This document shows positions 1-9,494 of a stretch of 64,000 nucleotides of DNA, piece by piece. Position 1 is the first letter of the stretch. Each line of letters opens with the position of its first letter. A program made the translations under genes and the position numbers. Source of the stretch: Pirellulales bacterium (GTDB lineage Bacteria > Planctomycetota > Planctomycetia > Pirellulales > PALSA-1355); contig CAVTBU010000005.1 in assembly GCA_963733035.1 (NCBI GenBank), positions 1,408,001 to 1,472,000 of the forward strand, read 5' to 3'. Below the pieces are notes generated by a model that saw only the letters and a program-made list of their open reading frames with translations, was not told where the DNA came from and did not search any database.

Positions 1-893
1 GGGATTTCATGCTCGATCACGACAAACATATCGGCTATGTGCGGATTACCGCCTTTGGCCGCGAAACGGCGGGCGACCTGAAGAAAGCTTTGGAAGAATT
101 GCAGCAGGAAGGCCTGAAGGGGCTGATTATCGACTTGCGCTTCAACCCCGGCGGACTGTTGAGCGCCGCCATCGATGTCAGTGATCTGTTCCTGTCGAGC
201 GGTAAGATCGTGAGTACCAAGGGCCGCAACACGCCGGAGCGGACGTGGGAAGCCCAGAAAGAAGGCACCTTCGAAGGGTTCCCGATCGTGGTTCTGGTGA
301 ATCACTACAGCGCAAGCGCAAGCGAAATCCTTTCGGCGGCCCTGCAAGACCATCACCGTGCGGTTGTTATCGGCGAGCGCACTTGGGGTAAAGGTAGCGT
401 GCAAAACGTGATTGAACTCGAGGAAGGCAAGAGCGCCCTCAAGCTCACCACGGCAGGCTACCACCGTCCCAGCGGCAAGAACATCCATCGCTATCCAGAC
501 GCCAAGGATAGCGATGAGTGGGGCGTCATGCCCGACAAGGACTACGAAGTGAAGATGAACGGCAGCCAAACGGCGCGGCTACTCGAGCATCGCCGCCGCC
601 GCGACATCCTGATTGGCCAGCATGAAAAGGCCTTGGCCGCCACCGATACGTCAGAAGCGGAAAGGCCCGCCGCAAGCGAAGAAAAGTCGACCGTGGAAAG
701 CGCGCCGGCCGAGGCCGATCAGAAGAAGCCAGAGGGCACCGAAGCGGCAGAGCAAAAGCCAAGCGAAAAGCCACCCGAGCACCCGCCAGTGGAGGACACC
801 GCCGATGCCAGCGACACGGATGTACCATTTGTCGACACGCAATTGCAGAAGGCCGTCGATTATCTGAGTTCCGAGCTGGCCAAGGCCGAATAG
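1..893 (+). CDS. ctpA: S41 family C-terminal processing peptidase (5' end outside window)
   Basis: Motifs [19 protein letters not shown] and [11 protein letters not shown]; acidic low-complexity insert near the C-terminus. Confidence 0.9.
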   Translation, partial: DFMLDHDKHIGYVRITAFGRETAGDLKKALEELQQEGLKGLIIDLRFNPGGLLSAAIDVSDLFLSSGKIVSTKGRNTPERTWEAQKEGTFEGFPIVVLVNHYSASASEILSAALQDHHRAVVIGERTWGKGSVQNVIELEEGKSALKLTTAGYHRPSGKNIHRYPDAKDSDEWGVMPDKDYEVKMNGSQTARLLEHRRRRDILIGQHEKALAATDTSEAERPAASEEKSTVESAPAEADQKKPEGTEAAEQKPSEKPPEHPPVEDTADASDTDVPFVDTQLQKAVDYLSSELAKAE

Positions 894-921
894 GCGATAC
901 GATTTCTTTCTGTCAGGCACA

Positions 922-949
922 AAGACCCGTCACCCGGACGGCGTTTTTT
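922..949 (+). terminator. Probable intrinsic terminator
   Basis: CCGTC-ACCCG-GACGG stem followed by a T run, just after the ctpA stop. Confidence 0.55.
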
Positions 950-1074
950 GGCGCGGCATGGATCAAAAGAACCGGTGCGTCCAGAATCTTCATTCGCGGT
1001 CCATTGACCAACGCACTACCGGGACGAGACTATAGATAGCCTGTCTTCGCCACTCAAGCTCGCCATGCACGACC

Positions 1075-2106
1075 ATGCGGCGCATCCTGATTCTGGAAAC
1101 CACCTGCGATGAAACGGCCGCGGCTGTCGTCACCGACGATCTCGAGGTTCTTGGCTCGGTCGTCGCCTCGCAAGATGAACTGCACAAAAAGTATGGTGGG
1201 GTCGTGCCCGAGATTGCGTCGCGGGCACATGTCGAGCGAATTCTGCCGGTGATTGACGAAACGCTGCGGAGAGCCAAACTGACTGTCCGTGACATCGATG
1301 CGGTGGCCGTGGCCAATACGCCCGGACTGGCTGGGTCGCTGCTCGTTGGGCTCTCGGCCGCAAAAACATTGTGCCTGGCGCTCGGAGTGCCACTGCTCGC
1401 CGTGAATCACTTGCAGGCGCATATCTACGCCTGCCAGTTGGCAGCCCGGCGCGAAGTATTTCCTTGCCTGGGCCTGATTGTTAGCGGTGGGCATTCCAGC
1501 CTCTATCGCTGTCACTCGCCGCTGGACTTCGAATTGCTGGGGGGCACCATTGACGATGCTGCCGGCGAAGCGTTCGACAAAGTTGCCAGCCTCCTCGGCC
1601 TTCCGTTTCCTGGCGGTCCGGCAATGGATCAAGCCGCCAAACAAGGGAATTCGCAAGCTTTCGACCTGCCGCGACCGCTGCTTGACTCGGACCGGCTGGA
1701 CTTCAGCTTTAGCGGCCTGAAGACAGCCGTGCGGTACCGCATCTGTCGTCCTGGCGAAAGCGTGCCAACGTCGCTCGATCCGCAATTGGTGGCCGACCTT
1801 GCGGCCAGCTTCACCGAGGCGGTCGTGGACTGCTTGTGGGGGAAGACCAAACTCGCCCTCGAACGGACAGGGCTGAAAAGGCTTTGCGTTGGTGGAGGTG
1901 TGGCTGCTAATTCGAGGCTTCGCCAGCGGTTGGAACAGCAGTGCACGGATCTGGGCATCGAGCTGTTCATCCCGCCCATGCGGCTATGCACGGACAACGC
2001 CGTGATGGGAGCGATTGCTGTGGAACGATTGCGTGCTGGAATGACCGAGCCCCTGGACTTGGACGCCCACCCTGGGCTAATGCGCCCTATTCGGGCTGGC
2101 TCCTAG
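1075..2106 (+). CDS. tsaD: tRNA N6-adenosine threonylcarbamoyltransferase
   Basis: ETTCDET, GGVVPEIASRAH, HLQAH, VSGGHS, DDAAGEAFDK, GGVAAN and CTDNAVM motifs. Confidence 0.97.
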   Translation: MRRILILETTCDETAAAVVTDDLEVLGSVVASQDELHKKYGGVVPEIASRAHVERILPVIDETLRRAKLTVRDIDAVAVANTPGLAGSLLVGLSAAKTLCLALGVPLLAVNHLQAHIYACQLAARREVFPCLGLIVSGGHSSLYRCHSPLDFELLGGTIDDAAGEAFDKVASLLGLPFPGGPAMDQAAKQGNSQAFDLPRPLLDSDRLDFSFSGLKTAVRYRICRPGESVPTSLDPQLVADLAASFTEAVVDCLWGKTKLALERTGLKRLCVGGGVAANSRLRQRLEQQCTDLGIELFIPPMRLCTDNAVMGAIAVERLRAGMTEPLDLDAHPGLMRPIRAGS

Positions 2107-2175
2107 CGCGCCTTCGGTCAACAAGTTCGCGCTGGACGGCGGGCAGCCGATACGTGGTCAAATCGCGAGGAACGC

Positions 2176-5100
2176 TCAGAAAGAGCCGCTACCGGAACTA
2201 CCGCTGCTACCTGAACTCGTACCGGTGCTGCCGCTAATCAGGTTGAATGTTGTGACATCGCCGACACCAGTGAAAAAGGGCATGGGCGAGACCCGGATGT
2301 ACCGGCGATCCGCCGAAACCACGCCCGACCCCATCAACGTAGCGCCCGAGGGAAGCACGGTAATGACCGGCTGATATCCGACGGCCTGATTGGCGAACGG
2401 AATGCCGAGCTTTCCCGCACGCGAAACACCCAGACGGCCGTTGGCGCCCTGCGAGGAATTTGCCTCTTCGTTGACGAGTTGAGACACGATGGCCTGATTG
2501 ACGGCCAACTGTGTCTGGGCAGCATTCACCAATTGGTGTTCGGCGAGCGGCTCTTTCCGGCGTCCTTCGGGCAAGTCGAACACCATCAAAGCGTCCTGTT
2601 GGCCGAGCGGGATTTGGTCCCGCATGTGTTTTTCTTGTGGTGTGCCGTAGTGTGCATACAGGTCGACCGTGACCTTGCCTGCCGTGATCTTGCCCCACAC
2701 GCGGCGGATCAGCACGCGGTAGGTACCGGCGAAGGCCTCGGGACACTCGTACGTCTCGGTCGTCGATCCTTCAACTCCACTCCGATCGTCGGAACTGCTA
2801 TCGCCCAGCAATACACCGCCGTCGGCAGTGCGCGGGTTTCGGAAAGTGCAGATCGTCCCCGACGGTCCTTCAACCATCAAGTCAACGTCGGCATCGCCGG
2901 TCCAGGTGACTTTGACAATGCAGTCGCGAATGGAAGCCTTGTCGAGTGCCGCTTGGAAACGCTCGGCTTCCTCGTTACGATTTTCGCTCTTCAGTTGGGC
3001 GATGGCCGCGGTGGCGGCACGTTTGGCTTGGCTGACGACTTTTGCCTTATCCTTCGGCCAGGCCTGTTTGAGAATTCCCAGGCTCGACCAGCGAACACCG
3101 TCCATGTCGCCGACCCGCTGGGCCAATTGCAGACCATACAAATACGGCTCGGGCCGCAGGGGCTCGAGCAGGGCAACATGGTGAAACACCTTCAAGGCCC
3201 GCGATTCAAGGCCGCTACGCCCCATGTATTGCGCTGCGTAGAGAAGTTCATCAGTTGAATCGCTGAAATCAACGGCCGACATCAGAGCTCGTTCGATCTC
3301 GCTCCGAGGGCTGCCGGCAGCCTGCATCGCCAGCGACACCGCTTCGTACATCCACGGCTGCGGGTGCCCTTGCCGCAAGGCAGCCCGGATGAGACCCACG
3401 GCGTCATCGAACTTGTGAGCTTGCATGAGCTTCCGAACCGTCGCGCGGACGTCCGCATCGGAAACGTCTTTGTGGCTGTCGAAGTAGTCACTCCAAGCCG
3501 TTTCCGAATCGACACCGGTCGCGATAGCCAGCTCGATCGCGACGGGTTTTTTGGCCGGCTTACGAACGGTCTTAGCAACTGGCTGCGGAACGGGCTTCGC
3601 GGGTGCGGCCGGAGCTTTTGTGGCGGCCGATTGAGTCTTGGACTTGGGTCCGAGCTTGAGGTCATCAGGCACGGCAAACATGCCGCCACCCATGCCACCG
3701 CCCATGCCACCCATGCCACCGCCCATGCCACCTCCCATGCCGCCCATGCCACCTCCCATGCCGCCCATGCCACCTCCCATGCCGCCCATCATGCCACCGC
3801 CCATCATGCCACCGCCCATCATTCCGCCACCCATCGACTGCACGGGAATGACCAGGTCGGCAACGGGATAGGCTTTTGTAACCAGCTCGGTTTCCGCCTT
3901 GTCCTGCGTGGTGATCAAGAGCACTTCATCCTTGATGAGGTATGTCAGGTCGTACTCGCCAAGCAGCAACCGCAAGGCCGACTTGAGCGAGATTCCATTC
4001 ACGTTTCGCGTAACGGGTGTTTCGGAACCAACGCCCGCATCTTCCAAAGCACGATTATCGAGTTGGATTTCAATGTCGTGGTAGTCCTTCAAATAAGCCA
4101 CCGCATCGCTCAGGGGCATTTCGGTGAATTCCATTCGCGTGGGGCTCTCCAGCGCGTCGCGAATCTTCTTCTCGATCGCCGAAACTTTCTTGAGGTCGGT
4201 CGACGTGTACCGTTTTCGGCGTTCGGTCATTTCCTGCCAGAGGTCGGCCGGCGGGTAAACCACCGGTTGATCATCCGGGAACGGCATTAGGGCAACTTCC
4301 ACGGTACCGAGCGTATCGACGACCGCCTTTTGCCGAGCCATCCGCAGCGCCAGGTCCGCCTCACGAGCGCCGGTCATGTGGGCCGTCAAGGCCGCCGATT
4401 GCCCGATCGGCAGATTGGGGTCCAGGCGTGCCACTTCCATCTCGCCAATTTCGTCGGCCGCCACGTAGCGCCCCTCTTCCATCAGCGAATTGAAGCGATC
4501 CATCAACTGCTTGATCTTCTCTTCTTTGCGAATCAAGTTGTTCGCAATCCGCAAACGGTCAAGCGCACCGGCTTGCGCCAATTCGTGCTGCTGTTGGAGA
4601 ATGTCCTTCGTGGCCGACCGGCGGGCCGACTCGCGCAAGGCCGCTTCCAATTGTCCGCGAAGTTGTGCCCGCACCTCGGCCTTCAGTTCCGGCGAGTGAA
4701 CCACGCGACCCAGCAACATCTTGAGGTCGTCCTCGATGGCGGCCGGGTCGGATTCCATACGGGCGCGAGCGGCGCGGAGCGCATCGTCTACTTCCGTGCG
4801 AATCAGGTCGGTCATGAGCCGATTGTGCTGCTCGATATTCTCCAAGAGTCGACCTTCGCCTTCGTTCACCTCATCGACTTCCGGAGTTGCTGGGCCAAGA
4901 ATCTCAGCCGGAGCCGGAGGCGTCGCCAGCCTGGGTGCAGCCGTGGTTGGTGCCGGTGGAGTCGCCTGTTCATTGGAGAACTCCCGGACTTCCAGCCCGT
5001 CCCGGGCCTTCGCGGCAACCGTGCCGCCGGTACGCTGTTTGTCGAGTTGTTTTCGCACCGCCAGGGCGGCTTCATCGTGAGGATCGCGACGCAAGGCTTC

Positions 5101-6228
5101 ATCGGACAAGCGAGTTGCTGTCTCCAAGTTGCCGGAAATAAGTGCTTGCTGGCTCAATTGACCCAGCAAATGCGTCCCTTCGTTGACCATCCGCCGCGCT
5201 TCCTGCAGGCCACGGGTACCCAGAGTCATCAGCCGCACGCCGCCATCGACGTGGGAGGCCTCAACCAACACTGGCAGGAAGGCATAGTCAGGATTCGCCT
5301 CGCCAACGTCGAGCGTCCAGCGGAACGTCTGATCCTTGGTGCCGGCACGGGCAACCATTTCGACCGAGAACTCATGGGGCAATTCCGCTCCCGCCTTTCC
5401 GAGCACGATCGTATCCCGATCGGTCCGCAAAGGGGGCATCTTTTGCGGGTAGATTTCCGCCACGGCTTCCGGCCATGCCGTGCTGGTCGGCCATAGCACG
5501 GTGCCGCGCACGGCACTTGCCAGGAAGCTTCCGGCCTGTTTCGGGTCGATGCTGTCGTCATCAATCGCCAACATGCCGCCGGTTTGATTCGCCAGGCAGG
5601 CCATCAATTGACCATCGACTTGCGGGCCGATTGCATAACTCGACACCGAAACCCGCGCGTTAACCAATTCGTCGACTAACTCACGAAATTGTTCCACGCC
5701 CAAATAGGAGGCGGCGCTCACGCCATCGCCGATGTATACGACTGTCCGCTGCGCCGTGCTGTTGCCATCGAATTTTGCAACTGCTGCTCGCAGGGCACCG
5801 GCCAAGTCCGTCGCGCCCAGGGGAACACGTTCACGAAGCGACTGAAGAGCAAGCTTGACTTGGTCGCCCTGCGGCGATGCAAAACCCGGCGAAAGCGGCA
5901 CGGCATCCAAATCGACGGCCATCAGCTGAACGCGATCGGTAGACGCAAGACCGGCCACGAGCGCGTCCAGCGATTCAAGCGCTTTCTCGCGAATGATGCC
6001 GGTCTGGCTAGCCGACGTGTCGAACAAAATGACGACGTCGCGCGGCCCAGTCGCGGGTACAGTCGCGTTGGGCGCCAGATTCAAGGCGAAATAGGTCGTG
6101 CCATCGGCAGCAGTATAGCTCTGCAACGACGGTTCGGGGATTGCCGTATCCGCCTTCGCGAAAAGACCAACCAGGGACGCCCCGACAAACAGCGCGAGCG
6201 CGGTCAAACGAAACTGGTGCCTCGACAT
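2176..6228 (-). CDS. Large exported VWA-domain protein with helical/TPR-like region, secretin N-domain-like segment, Gly-Met tract and secretin-like C-terminal motif
   Basis: Signal peptide from MSRHQF, MIDAS motif DTSAS..T..D, EMPLSDAVAYLKDYHDIEIQLD segment, C-terminal VVSADRRYIRVSPMPFF. Confidence 0.75.
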   Translation of the reverse strand: MSRHQFRLTALALFVGASLVGLFAKADTAIPEPSLQSYTAADGTTYFALNLAPNATVPATGPRDVVILFDTSASQTGIIREKALESLDALVAGLASTDRVQLMAVDLDAVPLSPGFASPQGDQVKLALQSLRERVPLGATDLAGALRAAVAKFDGNSTAQRTVVYIGDGVSAASYLGVEQFRELVDELVNARVSVSSYAIGPQVDGQLMACLANQTGGMLAIDDDSIDPKQAGSFLASAVRGTVLWPTSTAWPEAVAEIYPQKMPPLRTDRDTIVLGKAGAELPHEFSVEMVARAGTKDQTFRWTLDVGEANPDYAFLPVLVEASHVDGGVRLMTLGTRGLQEARRMVNEGTHLLGQLSQQALISGNLETATRLSDEALRRDPHDEAALAVRKQLDKQRTGGTVAAKARDGLEVREFSNEQATPPAPTTAAPRLATPPAPAEILGPATPEVDEVNEGEGRLLENIEQHNRLMTDLIRTEVDDALRAARARMESDPAAIEDDLKMLLGRVVHSPELKAEVRAQLRGQLEAALRESARRSATKDILQQQHELAQAGALDRLRIANNLIRKEEKIKQLMDRFNSLMEEGRYVAADEIGEMEVARLDPNLPIGQSAALTAHMTGAREADLALRMARQKAVVDTLGTVEVALMPFPDDQPVVYPPADLWQEMTERRKRYTSTDLKKVSAIEKKIRDALESPTRMEFTEMPLSDAVAYLKDYHDIEIQLDNRALEDAGVGSETPVTRNVNGISLKSALRLLLGEYDLTYLIKDEVLLITTQDKAETELVTKAYPVADLVIPVQSMGGGMMGGGMMGGGMMGGMGGGMGGMGGGMGGMGGGMGGGMGGMGGGMGGGMFAVPDDLKLGPKSKTQSAATKAPAAPAKPVPQPVAKTVRKPAKKPVAIELAIATGVDSETAWSDYFDSHKDVSDADVRATVRKLMQAHKFDDAVGLIRAALRQGHPQPWMYEAVSLAMQAAGSPRSEIERALMSAVDFSDSTDELLYAAQYMGRSGLESRALKVFHHVALLEPLRPEPYLYGLQLAQRVGDMDGVRWSSLGILKQAWPKDKAKVVSQAKRAATAAIAQLKSENRNEEAERFQAALDKASIRDCIVKVTWTGDADVDLMVEGPSGTICTFRNPRTADGGVLLGDSSSDDRSGVEGSTTETYECPEAFAGTYRVLIRRVWGKITAGKVTVDLYAHYGTPQEKHMRDQIPLGQQDALMVFDLPEGRRKEPLAEHQLVNAAQTQLAVNQAIVSQLVNEEANSSQGANGRLGVSRAGKLGIPFANQAVGYQPVITVLPSGATLMGSGVVSADRRYIRVSPMPFFTGVGDVTTFNLISGSTGTSSGSSGSSGSGSF
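3680..3835 (-). repeat. Tandem coding repeats (GGM/GGGM units, including 21-nt copies)
   Basis: Repeated ccatgccacctcccatgccgc and ccatcatgccaccgc units encoding a Gly/Met tract of about 50 aa. Confidence 0.9.
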
Positions 6229-6686
6229 CGACGTGTCTCCACTCACAAAGTGCCGGCGGCCAGGCATACATCGTGTTCCGATAGCGATGGCCAAAGCGCG
6301 CGGATTGAGTTGCTAGAACAAGCGGCCGGGGAGTTCCCTGCCCGAACGCCTATTCTATTCGGTCAACAGAAGTTACGCCAGAAAATTCGCCGAAAATTGT
6401 CGTCTTGATTGGGCCGGATAGTCGGCCGGGACGACGGCGATCTTGCGTACGCACACCGCGTGGTGTCGCAAATCTCGTGAAATTCGCCTGCGGCCCACTT
6501 TTCTCGTCGGCGCCAAGTAAAATTGCGGCCCCCGACCGCTGAGACCACAAGTCTTCTGGCCCCAAATTGGCGATTTTCGTATTTTGCGTCCCAATGCCCT
6601 AGTTTGTCCCCGTGTGTAAGGCTCGCCTGGCAGGTAACAGGCTCCTACCTAACCGGATGCCGCCTCGCGCGGCCCACAGAATTGCC

Positions 6687-7892
6687 ATGAAAAAGACCGC
6701 CCTTCTCTGCGTCCTCTCAGCCGCGGCCGGAGCATTTGGCTGGGAACTATGGCTGACTGTTTTGGCGCCATCGGCCCTGGTTGCCGAGGAACCTCGACTC
6801 CAAGCCCGCCCGGGAGCACCACGGTCCGAAAACAGCCCGATCGCGCCAGCATTTGTCGGAGCCCATCGTTTGCCCGTCCCGCCGAGCGACGACGAACTGA
6901 CACCAGAGGAGCGGATCAATGTGGCCGTCTACGAGAAGGTAAACCGGAGCGTGGTCAACATCAGGACCGAAACGGTACGCACCGATGCGTTCTTTTTTCT
7001 GGCCACCGAGGTGCCGGGTGAAGGTGCGGGCTCCGGGTCGGTGCTCGACATCCAGGGCCACGTGCTAACGAACTATCACGTCATCGACGATGCGAGGGCG
7101 ATCGAAGTCACGTTGTTCGATGGCAAGACGTACGAAGCCCGCGTCGTTGGGCACGACGAATCCAACGACATTGCAGTGCTCAAGATCGACGCGCCTGCCG
7201 ATTCGCTGGTGCCTGTCGAACTTGGCGACTCGCGATATCTGCGGGTCGGACAACGGGTGTTTGCGATCGGCAATCCGTTCGGCTTTGAACGAACGCTGTC
7301 GATCGGCATCATTTCCAGCCTGAATCGAACACTTCCGGCCCGCAACCACCGCTTAATCAAATCCGTTATTCAGATCGACGCTGCGATTAATCCGGGCAAC
7401 TCCGGGGGGCCGCTGTTGGACAGCCACGGGCGTCTGATCGGCATGAATACGGCCATTGCCAGCCCGACCGGCCAAAGCGCCGGTGTGGGATTTGCCATTC
7501 CCGCGGCAAATATTACGCGCGTCGTACCACAATTGCTGAAGCGAGGACGAGTGATTCGTCCGGACGCGGGAATTACGCATGTGTATCCAACGGATAAGGG
7601 TCTGTTGATTGCCGCCATGGCGCCGGGGGGAGCGGCGGAGAAGGCCGGGCTGCAAGGATTCCGGATTGTGCGACAGCGACGCCGCCAAGGACCGTTGTCG
7701 TACGAAACACGCACCATCGACCGTCACGCGGCGGACTTGATCATTGCCGTCGATGGCGAAGTAATCACCTCGCCGAGCGAGTTCTTGTCGCTCATCGAGG
7801 CGCGCGAACCTGGCGACGAAGTTGTATTGACAATCGTCCGAGACGGCCAACAACTGCGCGTTCCGTTACGACTCACGGCGGATGACTCGTAG
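6687..7892 (+). CDS. HtrA/DegP-like trypsin serine protease with PDZ domain
   Basis: TNYHV, DIAVLK and INPGNSGGPL catalytic motifs; N-terminal hydrophobic segment. Confidence 0.93.
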   Translation: MKKTALLCVLSAAAGAFGWELWLTVLAPSALVAEEPRLQARPGAPRSENSPIAPAFVGAHRLPVPPSDDELTPEERINVAVYEKVNRSVVNIRTETVRTDAFFFLATEVPGEGAGSGSVLDIQGHVLTNYHVIDDARAIEVTLFDGKTYEARVVGHDESNDIAVLKIDAPADSLVPVELGDSRYLRVGQRVFAIGNPFGFERTLSIGIISSLNRTLPARNHRLIKSVIQIDAAINPGNSGGPLLDSHGRLIGMNTAIASPTGQSAGVGFAIPAANITRVVPQLLKRGRVIRPDAGITHVYPTDKGLLIAAMAPGGAAEKAGLQGFRIVRQRRRQGPLSYETRTIDRHAADLIIAVDGEVITSPSEFLSLIEAREPGDEVVLTIVRDGQQLRVPLRLTADDS

Positions 7893-7945
7893 TACGCCCT
7901 CAACAGTCATGCGCGAACACCAACTCATTGTGACTCGGCATGAGC

Positions 7946-8035
7946 CTACGGTCCCAGCGTCGCGCGACCCACCGCCCAAATTACTAGGAACAGAATTGCC
8001 GTAATCAGCAGCACACCCAGGGTCGAAAAGAACAT
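7946..8035 (-). CDS. Putative 29-aa single-pass membrane peptide
   Basis: MFFSTLGVLLITAILFLVIWAVGRATLGP forms one hydrophobic helix; weak RBS. Confidence 0.3.
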   Translation of the reverse strand: MFFSTLGVLLITAILFLVIWAVGRATLGP

Positions 8036-8494
8036 CGCGTCTACTTTTGTTAGTTCAGAAATCAACGCTACAAAACAAATTCGCCAACATCCTCTCGAAC
8101 TGAATCGAGACGTCAGAATGGATTTCAACGTTGTGCCGGCCGACTGTCAACGGCGAACCGAAGTCGGTCGGGAGGAGGATTCGCGAAGCCATTCCAACGG
8201 GTCCTCGATGTGCTCGTTCACTCCGGTCTGACATTCGTCTCTGACGAAGTGCGCCCCCGACACTGACTTTCATCGCCCGACGTAAAGTTAGCACACGAAG
8301 TGCTTTAGGCGCAATGGGTCACGCCGACCCCCCAACATCGGGTATTTCGCGCAATCTTGAAAATTTTCTCACAAAATTCGAAACGATTGCGACGCGGCGC
8401 GGTTTGAGCGGTTACTCGGAACGGGTCGGATTCAACCGGTGCATCCGACTGTCTAAATCCGCGCGCATGGGACTATTTGCAAAGGAGCGAGCTA

Positions 8495-9394
8495 ATGAGA
8501 CTGATGAAAACCAGCGCGGCCCTGCATGTGGCCGCGGCACTCGCGTTCTTATTGGTGAGCGCGAGCGCTAGGGCGTCGATGATCAGTTGGGACGTCGACC
8601 CAAGCCAAAGTTACATCCGACTGAACCTGCCAGATCAGGCCGTCACGGTCGATACAACGACGGCTACCATTCGTCTGCGCGACGCCAATAGTACTTCGAA
8701 TTGGACGGACGCAGGCGGAAAACGAGCGTTTCTTGATGGAACGATCGCCACAGACTTTGTGGACGGCGCATCCATCGAGTTCCTCTCTGGTCTGAACAAC
8801 CTGTTTGCACTAGAGCAAACGAGTCTGCGACCCAATCCAGCCGCGTTCAACCCAAACCTGGTCGACGGTTCGAACCCAGACGGGACCTATACCGACACGA
8901 GCACGGCGCTAGCCGCCTTCGGCGCGCGGGTACGCGGATCCGTGTCAATTTTGACTCTGGACCTTGGCTATCTGGCGATCCGAGATGTCCTGTTTGACAT
9001 CGGAAGCGGCATCGTTCCTCTCGACGGCCTGGGAAACTATCTCGGCAATACGACAGCCGTGGGAATTCCGTCCTCCGTGGTCGATGTCGATGGGCTTAAT
9101 GCCGCACTCGTTGGGCAGGTGATTCCTGACGTGTACCATGCCAGCCTGACGGTGCCTAGTCAGACGAACACGGCGGGAGGCACGGTTACGAATCTGGGCG
9201 GTCTGCTGCGGCAACTTACCGTTAGCGTGAATGTGCCAATCGCGATTGACCTCGACGGGACGATCGTTACCGGAAGTGCGACGGGACAGATCGTGGCATT
9301 CGCCGTCGTCCCTGAGCCAAGCTCGCTGCTGATGGCGGGCATCGCTGCGCTTGGTCTGTGTTGGGCAGGCCGAGGGCGATTCAGTACCCGCTAA
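8495..9394 (+). CDS. PEP-CTERM sorting-domain surface protein
   Basis: AAGGAG RBS, signal peptide, C-terminal VPEPSS plus TM helix plus basic tail. Confidence 0.92.
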   Translation: MRLMKTSAALHVAAALAFLLVSASARASMISWDVDPSQSYIRLNLPDQAVTVDTTTATIRLRDANSTSNWTDAGGKRAFLDGTIATDFVDGASIEFLSGLNNLFALEQTSLRPNPAAFNPNLVDGSNPDGTYTDTSTALAAFGARVRGSVSILTLDLGYLAIRDVLFDIGSGIVPLDGLGNYLGNTTAVGIPSSVVDVDGLNAALVGQVIPDVYHASLTVPSQTNTAGGTVTNLGGLLRQLTVSVNVPIAIDLDGTIVTGSATGQIVAFAVVPEPSSLLMAGIAALGLCWAGRGRFSTR

Positions 9395-9424
9395 ACAACT
9401 CGCGTTCCTTGTCTAGCGGAGACT

Positions 9425-9459
9425 GCGTGGCAGGCACCTACGCGCGGTGCCTGCCACGC
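9425..9459. repeat. Perfect 14-bp inverted repeat (REP-like or bidirectional terminator)
   Basis: GCGTGGCAGGCACC-N7-GGTGCCTGCCACGC between convergent genes. Confidence 0.75.
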
Positions 9460-9494
9460 TCGTCGCGTGCTCCAGGGCAGCCCAAAGTCCGTCC

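Noticed and set aside
3680..3835. Tandem repeats as a CRISPR array or separate Pro/Met ORF
   Set aside because: No spacers; the repeats are in-frame Gly-Met codons of the minus-strand gene
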